In this document: one piece after another, positions 54,415 to 63,862 of the stretch
Numbering within the stretch: position 1 is the stretch's first letter
Layout: every line of letters begins with the position of its first letter
Origin: Candidatus Saccharimonadales bacterium
Lineage (GTDB): Bacteria; Patescibacteriota; Saccharimonadia; Saccharimonadales; UBA10212
NCBI GenBank assembly: GCA_035717985.1
Contig: DASTHW010000014.1
Location: 17,691-81,690, forward strand
Length of the DNA: 64,000 nt
Reading direction: 5' to 3'
Notes under the pieces: generated by a model
Told to the model about the DNA's origin: nothing
Seen by the model: only the letters and a program-made list of their open reading frames with translations
The model's database searches: none
Made by a program: the position numbers and the translations under genes

Positions 54415-57400
54415 ATGAAACGTTATAATCCGCAGGAGCTTGAGCCCAAGTGGCAAAAAATTTGGGCAGAGTCGGGCATTTATAAGACTGACATGAGCCG
54501 GGTATCAGATAAGTTTTATACCATCCCGATGCTACCGTACCCGTCTGGTGATCTGCATATCGGCCACTGGTATAACTATGTTGGCGCTGACAGTGTAGCC
54601 CGCTGGCGGCGCCTGCTAGGCCAAAATGTTTTTACGGCTTTAGGGTTTGATGCTTTTGGTCTGCCGGCAGAAAACGCCGCCATTAAGCGCGGCCTCCAGC
54701 CGGCTAAATGGACGAGAGGCAATATTAAATCAATGAAAGAGCAGATTGCTAAAATTGGCGCCAGCTATGACTGGGACCACAGCTTAATTACCTGCGACCC
54801 CGAATATTACCGCTGGAACCAATGGCTATTTTTAAAACTATATGAAAAAGGTCTGGCCTACCGCAAGAAGGCGATGGTCAACTGGTGCCCTAAAGACCAG
54901 ACTGTGCTGGCTAACGAGCAGGTGGTTGGCGAAAACAATGTTTGCGAGCGCTGCGGTACGCCGGTTATCCAAAAAACGCTACCGCAGTGGTTCTTCAAAA
55001 TTACCGACTATGCCGACCGCCTACTGGACGACCTGGATGAAGTTAATTGGCCTCAGCGGGTTAAGACCATGCAGGAGAACTGGATTGGGCGAAGCCGCGG
55101 GGCACTTATTAAATTTGCAGTAGAAGACTCAAAAGAGAATTTTATTGAGGTATTCACTACTCGGCCAGATACTATTTATGGTGCCACCTTCATGGTCGTA
55201 GCGCCTGAGCACAAAATACTTAACAAGTTAAGTATCTCCAAGGAAGTTGAAAAATATATTGAGCAGGCCAAGCGAAAAACCGAGCTGGAGCGCAAAGCCG
55301 GCGAGAAGGATAAAACTGGCGTCTTTAGCGGCCTTTATGCCATCAACCCGGCTAACAAAAAGAAAATTCCAATCTGGGTAGCCGATTATGTACTGATGAG
55401 CTACGGCACTGGCGCCATCATGGCCGTACCGGCCCACGACGAGCGTGATCACGAATTTGCTACGAAATTTGACCTGCCGATTGAGCCGGTTATCATTCAG
55501 GATTTTGGCGAACCTTTGCCCGATGAGCATTATGTTGAAGGAGTAGTGGTTATTCCTTATGACCCCAAGACCAAAAAATACCTGGCTCTGGGCGGCTGGA
55601 ATCAGGGTATTGGTTTGGTCGGCGGCGGCCGTGAGAGTGCGGAAAACCTAAAGCAGTGCGCCGCCCGTGAACTTGAAGAAGAGGCCGGCATTGCCAGCTA
55701 TGAGGCATTAATATCGCTGGGAGACCCAGTTTATTCTCATTACCATAACGATTTAAAGAAAATTAACCGCCGCTCGCTGGGGCAGGGTTACTTGGTAGTT
55801 ACCGATAGCCAAGCTAAAACTAAGAAACCGGCGCTGGAAGCCCACGAGAAGTTTAAGGCCGAGTGGATGGATATGGCCGATATCCGGGCCGGCATTACCA
55901 AACTTGGCGGCGGCACCCAGCACTGGTTAGAGATGACTGAGCGAGCTGAACGAGCCGCGGCCGATTATGAGGCAGGGCGTATTTACCAGCCGGCGCCCTA
56001 CAGCGGCGAGGGCGTTTTGATTAATTCTGATAAGTATGACGGCTTAAGTTCGGCAGAGGCTCGGGAAAAAATTGTCACTGATTTGTCCGGCGCTGGAGAT
56101 GATGAGCCGGTATTTGAACAGACCACTGGCTCCAGTGCGGTGAAAAAGGGTCAGCCGTTTGTGGAGCGCCAAGCTATTACAGCTATTGTTAAACACTGGT
56201 CCGAGGACAAGTACATCGGCCTGAAATGGAAAACGGTGGACTGGGAAACGTTGATTACCGGCGGTATCGAGAAAGGTCAAACGGCCGAGCAGGCGGCCAT
56301 TGCCGAAATTCGCGAGGAAACCGGCTACCAGAACCCTAAGCTGGTCAGAGTGCTTGGCAAAAACCATGCCAAATTCTTTCATGTGCCCAAAAATGAAAAT
56401 AGATTTGCGCACTTTACTTGCCTTTTGTTTGAGCTGGCTGACGGCGAGCGCGAGCAGGTAAGCGCTAAGGAACAAAAAAACCACGAGGTGGTCTGGCTGA
56501 CGCCGGCTCAGATGGAAAAGTTCGATTTGCCACAGTCGCACCGTCATATTTGGGACCAAATAAGGAAAGGCTCTGGCGGCCTGGCCCGCGCTCAAACCAA
56601 TTACCGTCTGCGCGACTGGCTGATTAGCCGCCAACGATATTGGGGTACACCTATCCCCATAATTTACTGCGATAAATGCGGCATCCAGCCGGTAAGCGAA
56701 AGCGACCTGCCGGTGATACTGCCTGAAGATGTGGAGTTTGAGCTATCTGGCCAGTCGCCGCTTGTCAACCGGCCGGATTTTGTTAATACTAAATGCCCCA
56801 ACTGTGGCGGGCCAGCAAAGCGCGAGACCGACACCATGGACACTTTCATGGATTCCAGCTGGTATTTCCTGCGCTATATCGACAATAAGAATGATAAAGC
56901 GGCTTTTGATACCAAGCTTATCAACCAGTGGGCGCCGGTCGATCACTATCTAGGCGGTATTGAGCACGCCATCTTGCATCTACTTTATGCCCGCTTTATG
57001 GTTAAGTTTCTGCATGATTATCACGGTCTAACTTTTACCGAGCCGTTTAAAAGACTGACCAACCAAGGCATTATTTTAGGCCCAGACGGCCAAAAGATGA
57101 GCAAGTCCCGCGGCAATGTTGTCAGCCCCGATGAGCAGGTAAAGAGCTACGGCGCTGACAGCTTGAGACTCTACATGCTGTTTATGGGTCCGTATGACCA
57201 AGGCGGTCCTTATAGTCTTGGCGGCATAGCCGGAACGCGCCGGTTTTTGGATAGAGTTTGGACACTTTTAGGGGAATACTTAGAGTCACCGGCGGAACCT
57301 ATAGCCGATATGGACGAGGTAGCTATAACGGCGGCGGTCCACCGGGCTATCAAGAAAGTGACCAATGATATCGAGGCACTTAACTTTAATACGGCTATTG

Positions 57401-57807
57401 CCGGCTTGATGAGCCTGACAAATGAGCTATACAAATTTAAAGTTAAACCAGGGCTGGCGCAGACACCGGCTTGGCGGTTTGCCTTTGACAGCCTGGTCCA
57501 GTTACTCGCGCCTATGGCGCCGCACATCACCGAGGAACTGTGGCAGGCCCTGGGCCATGAAAGCTCAGTCCATATCTCGGAGTGGCCGGCCTGGGATGAG
57601 GCGCTAGTAAGTGACGAGATGGTAACCATCGCCGTCCAGGTAAATGGCAAAGTCCGAGGCGAGATAGTGATTTCTAAATCTGCTGAAGCTGGTGAAGTGA
57701 TTGCTATGGCTAAAGAGGACGATAAAGTCGCCAAACAGCTGGCCGGTAAAAAAATCAAAAAAGAAATCTACGTTCCCGGACGGCTGGTTAGCCTAGTTGT
57801 TGGCTAA
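54415..57807 (+). CDS. leuS: Leucine--tRNA ligase with two inserted NUDIX domains (1130 aa)
   Basis: PSGDLHIGH, TTRPDTIYGATFMVVAPEH, GTGAIMAVPAHDERDHEF, YRLRDWLISRQRYWGTPIP and KMSKS in canonical order. Two extra blocks carry Nudix boxes (see findings). Confidence 0.95.
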   Translation: MKRYNPQELEPKWQKIWAESGIYKTDMSRVSDKFYTIPMLPYPSGDLHIGHWYNYVGADSVARWRRLLGQNVFTALGFDAFGLPAENAAIKRGLQPAKWTRGNIKSMKEQIAKIGASYDWDHSLITCDPEYYRWNQWLFLKLYEKGLAYRKKAMVNWCPKDQTVLANEQVVGENNVCERCGTPVIQKTLPQWFFKITDYADRLLDDLDEVNWPQRVKTMQENWIGRSRGALIKFAVEDSKENFIEVFTTRPDTIYGATFMVVAPEHKILNKLSISKEVEKYIEQAKRKTELERKAGEKDKTGVFSGLYAINPANKKKIPIWVADYVLMSYGTGAIMAVPAHDERDHEFATKFDLPIEPVIIQDFGEPLPDEHYVEGVVVIPYDPKTKKYLALGGWNQGIGLVGGGRESAENLKQCAARELEEEAGIASYEALISLGDPVYSHYHNDLKKINRRSLGQGYLVVTDSQAKTKKPALEAHEKFKAEWMDMADIRAGITKLGGGTQHWLEMTERAERAAADYEAGRIYQPAPYSGEGVLINSDKYDGLSSAEAREKIVTDLSGAGDDEPVFEQTTGSSAVKKGQPFVERQAITAIVKHWSEDKYIGLKWKTVDWETLITGGIEKGQTAEQAAIAEIREETGYQNPKLVRVLGKNHAKFFHVPKNENRFAHFTCLLFELADGEREQVSAKEQKNHEVVWLTPAQMEKFDLPQSHRHIWDQIRKGSGGLARAQTNYRLRDWLISRQRYWGTPIPIIYCDKCGIQPVSESDLPVILPEDVEFELSGQSPLVNRPDFVNTKCPNCGGPAKRETDTMDTFMDSSWYFLRYIDNKNDKAAFDTKLINQWAPVDHYLGGIEHAILHLLYARFMVKFLHDYHGLTFTEPFKRLTNQGIILGPDGQKMSKSRGNVVSPDEQVKSYGADSLRLYMLFMGPYDQGGPYSLGGIAGTRRFLDRVWTLLGEYLESPAEPIADMDEVAITAAVHRAIKKVTNDIEALNFNTAIAGLMSLTNELYKFKVKPGLAQTPAWRFAFDSLVQLLAPMAPHITEELWQALGHESSVHISEWPAWDEALVSDEMVTIAVQVNGKVRGEIVISKSAEAGEVIAMAKEDDKVAKQLAGKKIKKEIYVPGRLVSLVVG

Positions 57808-57892
57808 ACTTGTCTTTCAGAGGTGTTTTTTGCTAAAATTAAGCCAAGTTAGCAGGTATTAACTCTAGCAGTAAAAGGAGTAAATAAGCCAA

Positions 57893-58036
57893 GTGGGCAA
57901 GCCCAAGAAACGAACTAGTTCCCGGCGCAGTGGTATGCGCAGAAGTCACCAGCTAGCCAAGCTAGCCCGGCGTGTTAATGCATTGAGCCCGGTTAAGGTT
58001 GGCGCCAAAAAGGCTAAAACCGGCCCCAGCGCTTAA
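57893..58036 (+). CDS. rpmF: 50S ribosomal protein L32 (47 aa), absent from the ORF track
   Basis: GTG start with AAAGGAG 13 nt upstream. VGKPKKRTSSRRSGMRRSH matches the L32 PKxRxSxxRRxxRRxH signature. Confidence 0.8.
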   Translation: MGKPKKRTSSRRSGMRRSHQLAKLARRVNALSPVKVGAKKAKTGPSA

Positions 58037-58187
58037 ATTTTTAGTATCGTCCGCCTACTACCGGCGGAGTATACTTTAAAGCAGTAGCTAACCCTCAAAT
58101 ACAAAGGACTTAACAATATGGCTAAAGTTTGCGTTAGTAGATTAGCAAAACCGGCAAGCAGTAGCATGCCAGCCGGGAGGGAAGAAT

Positions 58188-58688
58188 ATGGCCAGTAACC
58201 GCCATCTTGGCCGGATTGTGGCCCTGCAGACGCTGTACGAGCAGGATTTTAGGCAGGAACTAGCCGATAACGGCTTTGATCTAGAGGAAGTTCTAGCCCG
58301 CAATATTGCCCGTTATGCCGACACCATCGACGATAAAGAGTTCATTACCAAGCTGGTGCACGGCGTCGACAGCCACACCAAAGAAGTTGACGATCTAATC
58401 CGGCCGGTCGCCCCAGAGTGGCCAATCGAGCAAATTGCCCGCATGGACCGCATTATCCTGCGCATTGGTGCTTACGAGCTAATTTGGGACAAAACGGTGC
58501 CGCCCAAAGTTGTCATCAACGAGGCGGTCGAGCTAGCAAAGGCTTTTGGCGGCGAGAATTCTTCTAAATTCATTAACGGCGTGCTTGGCACTATCTTGCG
58601 GGCCCAAGAAGCCTCGGCCGCCAAACCAGCTAAAGCCAAACCGTCCGCTAAAAGTGCCAAGAAGGCTAAAGATCTTAAGGAAGACTAG
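58188..58688 (+). CDS. nusB: Transcription antitermination factor NusB, with Lys/Ala-rich tail
   Basis: [13 protein letters not shown]...[25 protein letters not shown] pattern. Confidence 0.88.
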   Translation: MASNRHLGRIVALQTLYEQDFRQELADNGFDLEEVLARNIARYADTIDDKEFITKLVHGVDSHTKEVDDLIRPVAPEWPIEQIARMDRIILRIGAYELIWDKTVPPKVVINEAVELAKAFGGENSSKFINGVLGTILRAQEASAAKPAKAKPSAKSAKKAKDLKED

Positions 58689-59195
58689 ATGAAACGACCC
58701 AAACCGATACGCGGTTTTAGAAAATTTGTCAGCGAGCACCGCCCGGCAATTGCCGAAGTGGTCCGCGAGCCAACTGCCGGCGGCATTATATTTAGGCGGG
58801 GTAAGGCCGGCGTTGAGATTTTACTTATAGCCGATTCCAAGCACCGCTGGACTATCCCTAAAGGTCACATCGAAGAGGGCGAGACACCCCGCCAAACCGC
58901 CCAGCGCGAAATTGAAGAGGAGACCGGCCTAGCCGAAATGAAAATGATGGATTGGCTGGGTAAAATTAATTTTCGCTACCGCCGCGACAACACCCTAGTG
59001 CTAATGACCACCGAGATTTTTTTGGTGGAGGCCCGTGGTGACACTAATAAAATCAAACCGCAGGAATGGATGGCCGACATTGCCTGGCTAGCCGCCAAAG
59101 ACGCCTTAGATAAAATTGAGTATGAAGACATTGGCAAACTAATCTTGCTGGCACTGAAGAAAATCAGAGAATCAGCTGTAGAAAAAAGAGGATAA
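58689..59195 (+). CDS. NUDIX hydrolase
   Basis: Nudix box KGHIEEGETPRQTAQREIEEETGL. Confidence 0.88.
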   Translation: MKRPKPIRGFRKFVSEHRPAIAEVVREPTAGGIIFRRGKAGVEILLIADSKHRWTIPKGHIEEGETPRQTAQREIEEETGLAEMKMMDWLGKINFRYRRDNTLVLMTTEIFLVEARGDTNKIKPQEWMADIAWLAAKDALDKIEYEDIGKLILLALKKIRESAVEKRG

Positions 59196-59208
59196 TTAGA
59201 AAAAATTT

Positions 59209-59916
59209 ATGGATGTATCAAAGTATCAGACTTTTGCTGACCAGCATTTTGGCGGCTTTAGTGATATTGGTCTTTTAATCACCGCCTTTACTCACCGAAG
59301 CTATATTAATGAGCATAAAAAAACGGCCTCTGAACATAATGAGCGCTTAGAATTTTTAGGCGACGCCGTTTTGGAGTTGGTGGTGACTGAGCATCTTTAT
59401 AACAACTATAAAGAGCCAGAAGGCGTTTTAACTAACTGGCGAAGTGCGCTGGTGCGGACGGAAAGCATCAGTGCCGCTGCCGATAGAGAAGGTTTTGAAT
59501 CTCTTCTTAGGCTGTCGCGTGGTGAGCGGCGGGCGGCCTCACCGCGGGCCCGCGAACAAATTTTAGCCAACTCTTACGAGGCGGTGATTGGCGCTCTTTA
59601 TTTAGACAAAGGTTATGAGGCCGCCCGGGAGTTTATTAGCCGGACGCTTCTGCCGGTCTTGCCGCAAATTTTAGAAACCGGAGCCTGGCTGGATCCTAAA
59701 TCCCGCCTGCAGGAGCTGGTTCAAAGCCATGAAGATGCTACACCGGTCTATAAAGTATTGAGCGAGGAAGGGCCGGACCATGACAAAACCTTTGTGGTCG
59801 GCGTTTTTGTAAGCAATGATTTGAAGGGGGAGGGGTCGGGGCCGAGTAAGCAGGCCGCGCAGGTCGCCGCCGCCTCTACCGCCCTCCAAGCTTACGTGAC
59901 GCACCAACCAAACTAA
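59209..59916 (+). CDS. rnc: Ribonuclease III
   Basis: Signature ERLEFLGDAVL and a C-terminal dsRBD (GPDHDKTFVVGV...GSGPSKQAAQVAAA). Confidence 0.95.
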   Translation: MDVSKYQTFADQHFGGFSDIGLLITAFTHRSYINEHKKTASEHNERLEFLGDAVLELVVTEHLYNNYKEPEGVLTNWRSALVRTESISAAADREGFESLLRLSRGERRAASPRAREQILANSYEAVIGALYLDKGYEAAREFISRTLLPVLPQILETGAWLDPKSRLQELVQSHEDATPVYKVLSEEGPDHDKTFVVGVFVSNDLKGEGSGPSKQAAQVAAASTALQAYVTHQPN

Positions 59917-60051
59917 GCAAAAGCTTAGCTTTGGGCTGGTGCTTTTGGGATATTACTGCGTCAGAACCTCAAGCTACTCGCTCCCAGTATTCCCATACAG
60001 CTCGCTCTTAGCTCGGCTCTTCCTGGTACTACCCTAAAACACGTAAGCTTG
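59887..60051. repeat. Structured intergenic element (E4), homologous to E5
   Basis: 12-bp perfect outer stem CAAGCTTACGTG (59887-59898) / CACGTAAGCTTG (60040-60051). Inner hairpin GCACCAACCAAA...TTTGGGCTGGTGC followed by TTTT. Core is about 70% identical to E5 by eye. Confidence 0.6.
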
Positions 60052-60164
60052 AAGTTAGAGATTGCTCGCTTTCTCCTTGCGCTACCTTCAAACGGTGTAT
60101 TTCGGGGACCCACACCTGCCTTAGTTGACAACAGGGGTGCTTATCTGTAAAATTACTTAGACCT

Positions 60165-60665
60165 ATGTTAGCTATCCGTATGCAAAGAACCGGCCGCAAG
60201 GGCCATGCCCAATACCGCTTGATAGTTCAAGACAGCCGCTTTAGCCCGACGAGCGGGCGAGTCGTGGCTTATGTGGGCAGTTATAATCCTCATACCAAAG
60301 CCGTAAATTTAGATAAATCTAAAATTGAGTCGTATTTAAGTAATGGTACTCAACCTTCTCTGGCCGCCGTTCGTTTATTGAAAAAAGAAGGCGTCAAACT
60401 ACCAGCTTGGGTTAACGAACCTTCTGATAAAAAACGCTCCATTAGGAATCCTGAAAAATTGCGCCGAAACCGACCTGCCGGCGAGACTGAGGCCGCCGCT
60501 GAATCCCCGGCCGCTGAAGAATCGGCTGAGACTCCTGAGTCCTCTACGCCTGCCGCCGAAGGCGACCAGCCAGCCGATGAGACTCCAGCTGAGCCGGCCA
60601 CCGAAGAGCCAGCTAGTAAAGAGGCGGCCGCTGAAGAACCGTCTAGCGGCGACCAAGCGGCTTAA
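60165..60665 (+). CDS. rpsP: 30S ribosomal protein S16 with acidic Ala/Glu/Pro-rich C-terminal extension
   Basis: MLAIRMQRTGRKGHAQYRLIVQDSR N-terminus typical of S16. About 80-aa low-complexity tail. Confidence 0.92.
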   Translation: MLAIRMQRTGRKGHAQYRLIVQDSRFSPTSGRVVAYVGSYNPHTKAVNLDKSKIESYLSNGTQPSLAAVRLLKKEGVKLPAWVNEPSDKKRSIRNPEKLRRNRPAGETEAAAESPAAEESAETPESSTPAAEGDQPADETPAEPATEEPASKEAAAEEPSSGDQAA

Positions 60666-60727
60666 TTAGCCGGACAACAAAGCTGATATACTAGAATCAG
60701 AAACTTGATTTTTAGGAGGTACGACCT

Positions 60728-61207
60728 ATGGCTGTCAGCATAGACCAGCAATTCATTGAATATATCGTAAAATCCCTCGTCAGTGAGCCCGACGCCGTCA
60801 AAATTGAGCGGCGCATAGATGAAAAAGGCGTGCTGTTAGAGCTAACGGTTGCGCCGGAAGACCTAGGTCGAGTAATCGGTAAGCGTGGTGCTACCGCTCA
60901 GAGCTTGCGCACTCTGCTTAGGGCATTAGGTACTAAAAACGACGCTAGGTACAACCTCAAGATTATAGACGTTGGCGGCCCCCGCCCAGCCCGCTCTACG
61001 GACAATTCTGCGCCGGCTCAGGCGGATGATTCAAAGCCAGCCAGCCAGCCAGAGCCGGCCGATGAGCCAGCCGACGATGACGCCAGCGAGCCCCAGGATG
61101 TTGGCCAGGCTACCAAAGACGACACACCTGCTAGCAGTGACGACAAAAAAACCCTAGCCGAAAAGACTAGGGCTGAACTGGCTGAGCTAGACGACTTAGA
61201 CGTCTGA
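60728..61207 (+). CDS. KH-domain RNA-binding protein (YlqC-like) with acidic C-terminal extension
   Basis: VKIERRIDEKGVLLELTVAPEDLGRVIGKRGATAQSLRTLL (GxxG KH motif), SD AGGAGG, usual position after rpsP. Confidence 0.85.
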   Translation: MAVSIDQQFIEYIVKSLVSEPDAVKIERRIDEKGVLLELTVAPEDLGRVIGKRGATAQSLRTLLRALGTKNDARYNLKIIDVGGPRPARSTDNSAPAQADDSKPASQPEPADEPADDDASEPQDVGQATKDDTPASSDDKKTLAEKTRAELAELDDLDV

Positions 61208-61210
61208 CAA

Positions 61211-61364
61211 CTTCAGGCCGCGCCAAAGTAAGCCAAGCAAAGCTCGTCTTGCTTTAGTGCTTCTGGCGCCTTACGGCGTCAGCGGCTCCAGTGCTCCCTC
61301 ACAGTATTTCGATACTGCTCAGTCCGCGCTTTGCCGCTTCCTTGTAATGCAATCAAACCTGAAG
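61211..61364. repeat. Structured intergenic element (E5), homologous to E4
   Basis: Outer stem CTTCAGG (61211-61217) / CCTGAAG (61358-61364). Inner stem GCGCCAAAG (61220-61228) / CTTCTGGCGC (61260-61269). It shares TTAC[TG]GCGTCAG and CAGTATT cores with E4. Confidence 0.6.
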
Positions 61365-61396
61365 CTGTCAGCTTGGAGGGCAGGGAGATTAAAATT

Positions 61397-61654
61397 TTAG
61401 TATTTCCAGCCGTTGGTAGATAACAGGCCGCGGGCCAGAGCTTTCTCATACTCGGGGAACCAGCGGTCCTGCAGTAAAGCTCTTAGGCCATCTACTACCA
61501 ATTTATTCTCCCAAGGCGATAGCTGAAACGGTACTTCGCGGCTATCTACATCTCTTGATAAATCAAATTTGCCCAACCGCCGAAGGGCAAACGAGCTTAA
61601 AGACAAAGCCGGCTCATCTTTAACTGTAATTTCGCTCTTTTCGGCACCAGCCAT
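61397..61654 (-). CDS. Hypothetical protein (85 aa)
   Basis: Only ORF in the KH-trmD gap. No SD or family recognised. Confidence 0.4.
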   Translation of the reverse strand: MAGAEKSEITVKDEPALSLSSFALRRLGKFDLSRDVDSREVPFQLSPWENKLVVDGLRALLQDRWFPEYEKALARGLLSTNGWKY

Positions 61655-61745
61655 AATAACTATATAATATCACCGTCAAGCATAAAAAGCGAATTTATGA
61701 TAAGGATAGTGCAGTATCGCCAGCTTTTGCTAAGATAGTACTTGA

Positions 61746-62387
61746 ATGAAGATTCAAATTATCACCTTATTTCCTGAGATGTTTGACGGCGTGCTGGGTT
61801 CAAGCATGCTCTGGAAGGCTCAAAAAGATAATTTGGTTGAATACGGCCTCATTAATCTGCGAGGCTACGGCATTGGCCCCAGAAAGCAGGTTGATGATAC
61901 GCCTTACGGCGGCGGCGACGGCATGGTGCTGAAGCCCGAGCCGCTATTTCTAGCCGTTGAGCAGGCTAAAAGAAATGACCCCAGCGCCCAGGTGCTATTA
62001 ATGACGCCGCGCGGCGACTTATTTACCCAAAAAGTGGCCCGTGAATTTGCGGCTACCGAGGCCGGCCTAGTAATTATCTGCGGCCGCTATGAGGGCTATG
62101 ACGAGCGAATTACAACAGTGGTCGATAAGCAAATTCGTGTCGGCGACTATATTCTGACTGGCGGCGAACTGCCGGCCATGATTATTACCGACAGCGTAAC
62201 CCGCCTAATCCCGGGGGTGCTGGGCGGCGAGACCAGTGCCGAGCTGGAAAGCTTTAGTACGCCGGGGGCGATTGAGCATCCGCACTATACTAGGCCGGAA
62301 GAATTTCGGGGCCTACGTGTGCCGGAAGTACTGCTGTCCGGCAATCATAGCGAAATTGAAGCTTGGCGCGCTAAAAATTCAAAGTGA
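61746..62387 (+). CDS. trmD: tRNA (guanine37-N1)-methyltransferase
   Basis: ITLFPEMF..., GRYEGYDERI and GGELPAM motifs. Confidence 0.95.
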   Translation: MKIQIITLFPEMFDGVLGSSMLWKAQKDNLVEYGLINLRGYGIGPRKQVDDTPYGGGDGMVLKPEPLFLAVEQAKRNDPSAQVLLMTPRGDLFTQKVAREFAATEAGLVIICGRYEGYDERITTVVDKQIRVGDYILTGGELPAMIITDSVTRLIPGVLGGETSAELESFSTPGAIEHPHYTRPEEFRGLRVPEVLLSGNHSEIEAWRAKNSK

Positions 62388-62458
62388 CAAGGGCGAGAAA
62401 TCTAACAGTAAAGCCGGCGTGCAGTGTATTATAAATTTAGATAGACAAAGGATAAAAA

Positions 62459-62992
62459 ATGGCGCGAACTAACGAAAAATTCTCTTGGCCGGTAAAAGCA
62501 GTTGACCCGCCAAACCTAAGCTACGGGCAGTGGCAGTGGATGGCTGTGATTGGTTGCCTATTTTTACTAATGGGCATTTTGCAGTTAATTAGCTTTGCCG
62601 ATTTTAGCAATAATTTCGCGGCTATAGGCACAGGTTCACATAAATGGTGGGGTGCTTTAGTGATCTTAGCCGAGCTTTGGGCCACGGCTAGCTTTTTTAA
62701 ACTGCGGCTTAGCCCAGGTTTTAGAGCGGTTAGCCGGTTTTGGGCACTAGCCGTGAGTCTTTTTTGGTTTTATAACGACGTACGCCAGCTTAGCGAGGGC
62801 AGTGACTTGCCTTATTTCGCCGGCGGCCAGGTTCACGCGGCTAGCGCTAATTATTTTGGCGGTTTTCTATCTCAACAGCCCGGCTGGTGGACGGTGATTG
62901 AAGCTATTTTGTTTTTATCGGCTGTTATTTATGGACTGAATATTTCGGTAAGTGGATTAAGGCTTAAAGTAACTAAACGATTGGAGGGATAA
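62459..62992 (+). CDS. Hypothetical integral membrane protein
   Basis: 177 aa with 4 TM helices. No secure family call. Confidence 0.5.
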   Translation: MARTNEKFSWPVKAVDPPNLSYGQWQWMAVIGCLFLLMGILQLISFADFSNNFAAIGTGSHKWWGALVILAELWATASFFKLRLSPGFRAVSRFWALAVSLFWFYNDVRQLSEGSDLPYFAGGQVHAASANYFGGFLSQQPGWWTVIEAILFLSAVIYGLNISVSGLRLKVTKRLEG

Positions 62993-62993
62993 A

Positions 62994-63587
62994 ATGTTTA
63001 AACTACCAGATTTGGGCTACGGCTTCACTGCCCTTGAGCCTTATATCGACGCACAAACTATGGAAATCCACCACGACAAGCACCACGGTACTTATGTGGA
63101 AAAATTAAATGCGGCTCTAGCTAACGCACCGGATTGGCAAAATAAAAGCATTGAAGAAATTCTTGGCAGTATTGATAAACTGCCGGAAGATATTCGCTCG
63201 GCTGTTCGTAATAACGGCGGCGGCCACGCCAATCACAGCCTGTTTTGGGTAATCATGAAGCCGGGTGGATCTCGCGAGCCGGCCGGCCAACTGGCTGAGA
63301 TTATAAATTCCCAGTTTGGCAATTTTGACCAGTTCAAGACTAAATTTGCTGAGGCGGCTACCGGCCGGTTTGGCTCCGGCTGGGCCTGGCTGGTACGCGC
63401 CGGTGATAAATATGAAATTTGTTCTACTGCCAACCAGGACAGCCCACTAATGGAGGGCAAGACGCCGATTCTGGGCTTAGACGTCTGGGAACACGCTTAC
63501 TACCTCAAGTATCAGAACAAACGTCCGGACTATATTGAGGCCTGGTGGAACGTAGTAAACTGGGACGAGGTAGCGAAAAAGGTTTAA
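62994..63587 (+). CDS. sodA: Superoxide dismutase (Fe/Mn family)
   Basis: LPDLGY...MEIHHDKHH...[11 protein letters not shown]...[16 protein letters not shown] metal-ligand pattern. Confidence 0.95.
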   Translation: MFKLPDLGYGFTALEPYIDAQTMEIHHDKHHGTYVEKLNAALANAPDWQNKSIEEILGSIDKLPEDIRSAVRNNGGGHANHSLFWVIMKPGGSREPAGQLAEIINSQFGNFDQFKTKFAEAATGRFGSGWAWLVRAGDKYEICSTANQDSPLMEGKTPILGLDVWEHAYYLKYQNKRPDYIEAWWNVVNWDEVAKKV

Positions 63588-63592
63588 GGAAA

Positions 63593-63862
63593 ATGCCGAG
63601 CTTGGAACAATTGAGAGAAAATGCCGGTTTGCCGGGACTGTTAGCTGGTGCCGGTGCTCTTATCGCTGGTAACTTTATTACGCAGTTCACGGAAGATATG
63701 CCTCAGAGCAATCTTCATGAAGTAATTGGTGACGGCGTTTCGGCGCTGACAGCGCTAGTTGTAGTTGGCCTCGTAGGCGCCGTCCGGCTCCGCCGTCAAA
63801 ATCTATCGGTCCCGCTAGCCGAGAGTATTGACAGCGCGGATAGTAACCAGCGCGATTGTTAA
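63593..63862 (+). CDS. Hypothetical small membrane protein
   Basis: ATG 63593 lies after the sodA stop with AAGGAAA upstream. The listed start 63545 overlaps sodA. Two hydrophobic segments. Confidence 0.45.
   Translation: MPSLEQLRENAGLPGLLAGAGALIAGNFITQFTEDMPQSNLHEVIGDGVSALTALVVVGLVGAVRLRRQNLSVPLAESIDSADSNQRDC

Noticed and set aside
55495-56590. LeuRS extra segments as inteins
   Set aside because: There are no Cys/Ser/Thr N-terminal junction residues, no terminal His-Asn and no endonuclease motifs. Both segments carry Nudix-box sequences instead.
58118-58198. 26-codon ORF ([26 protein letters not shown]) between rpmF and nusB
   Set aside because: It has a weak SD, no recognisable family, and overlaps the nusB ribosome-binding site. 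Insufficient evidence.
61208-61745. Degenerate rimM pseudogene in the KH-trmD gap
   Set aside because: I could not recognise RimM/PRC-barrel-like residues in any + strand frame by eye. This needs TBLASTN and is left as an open check, not a call.
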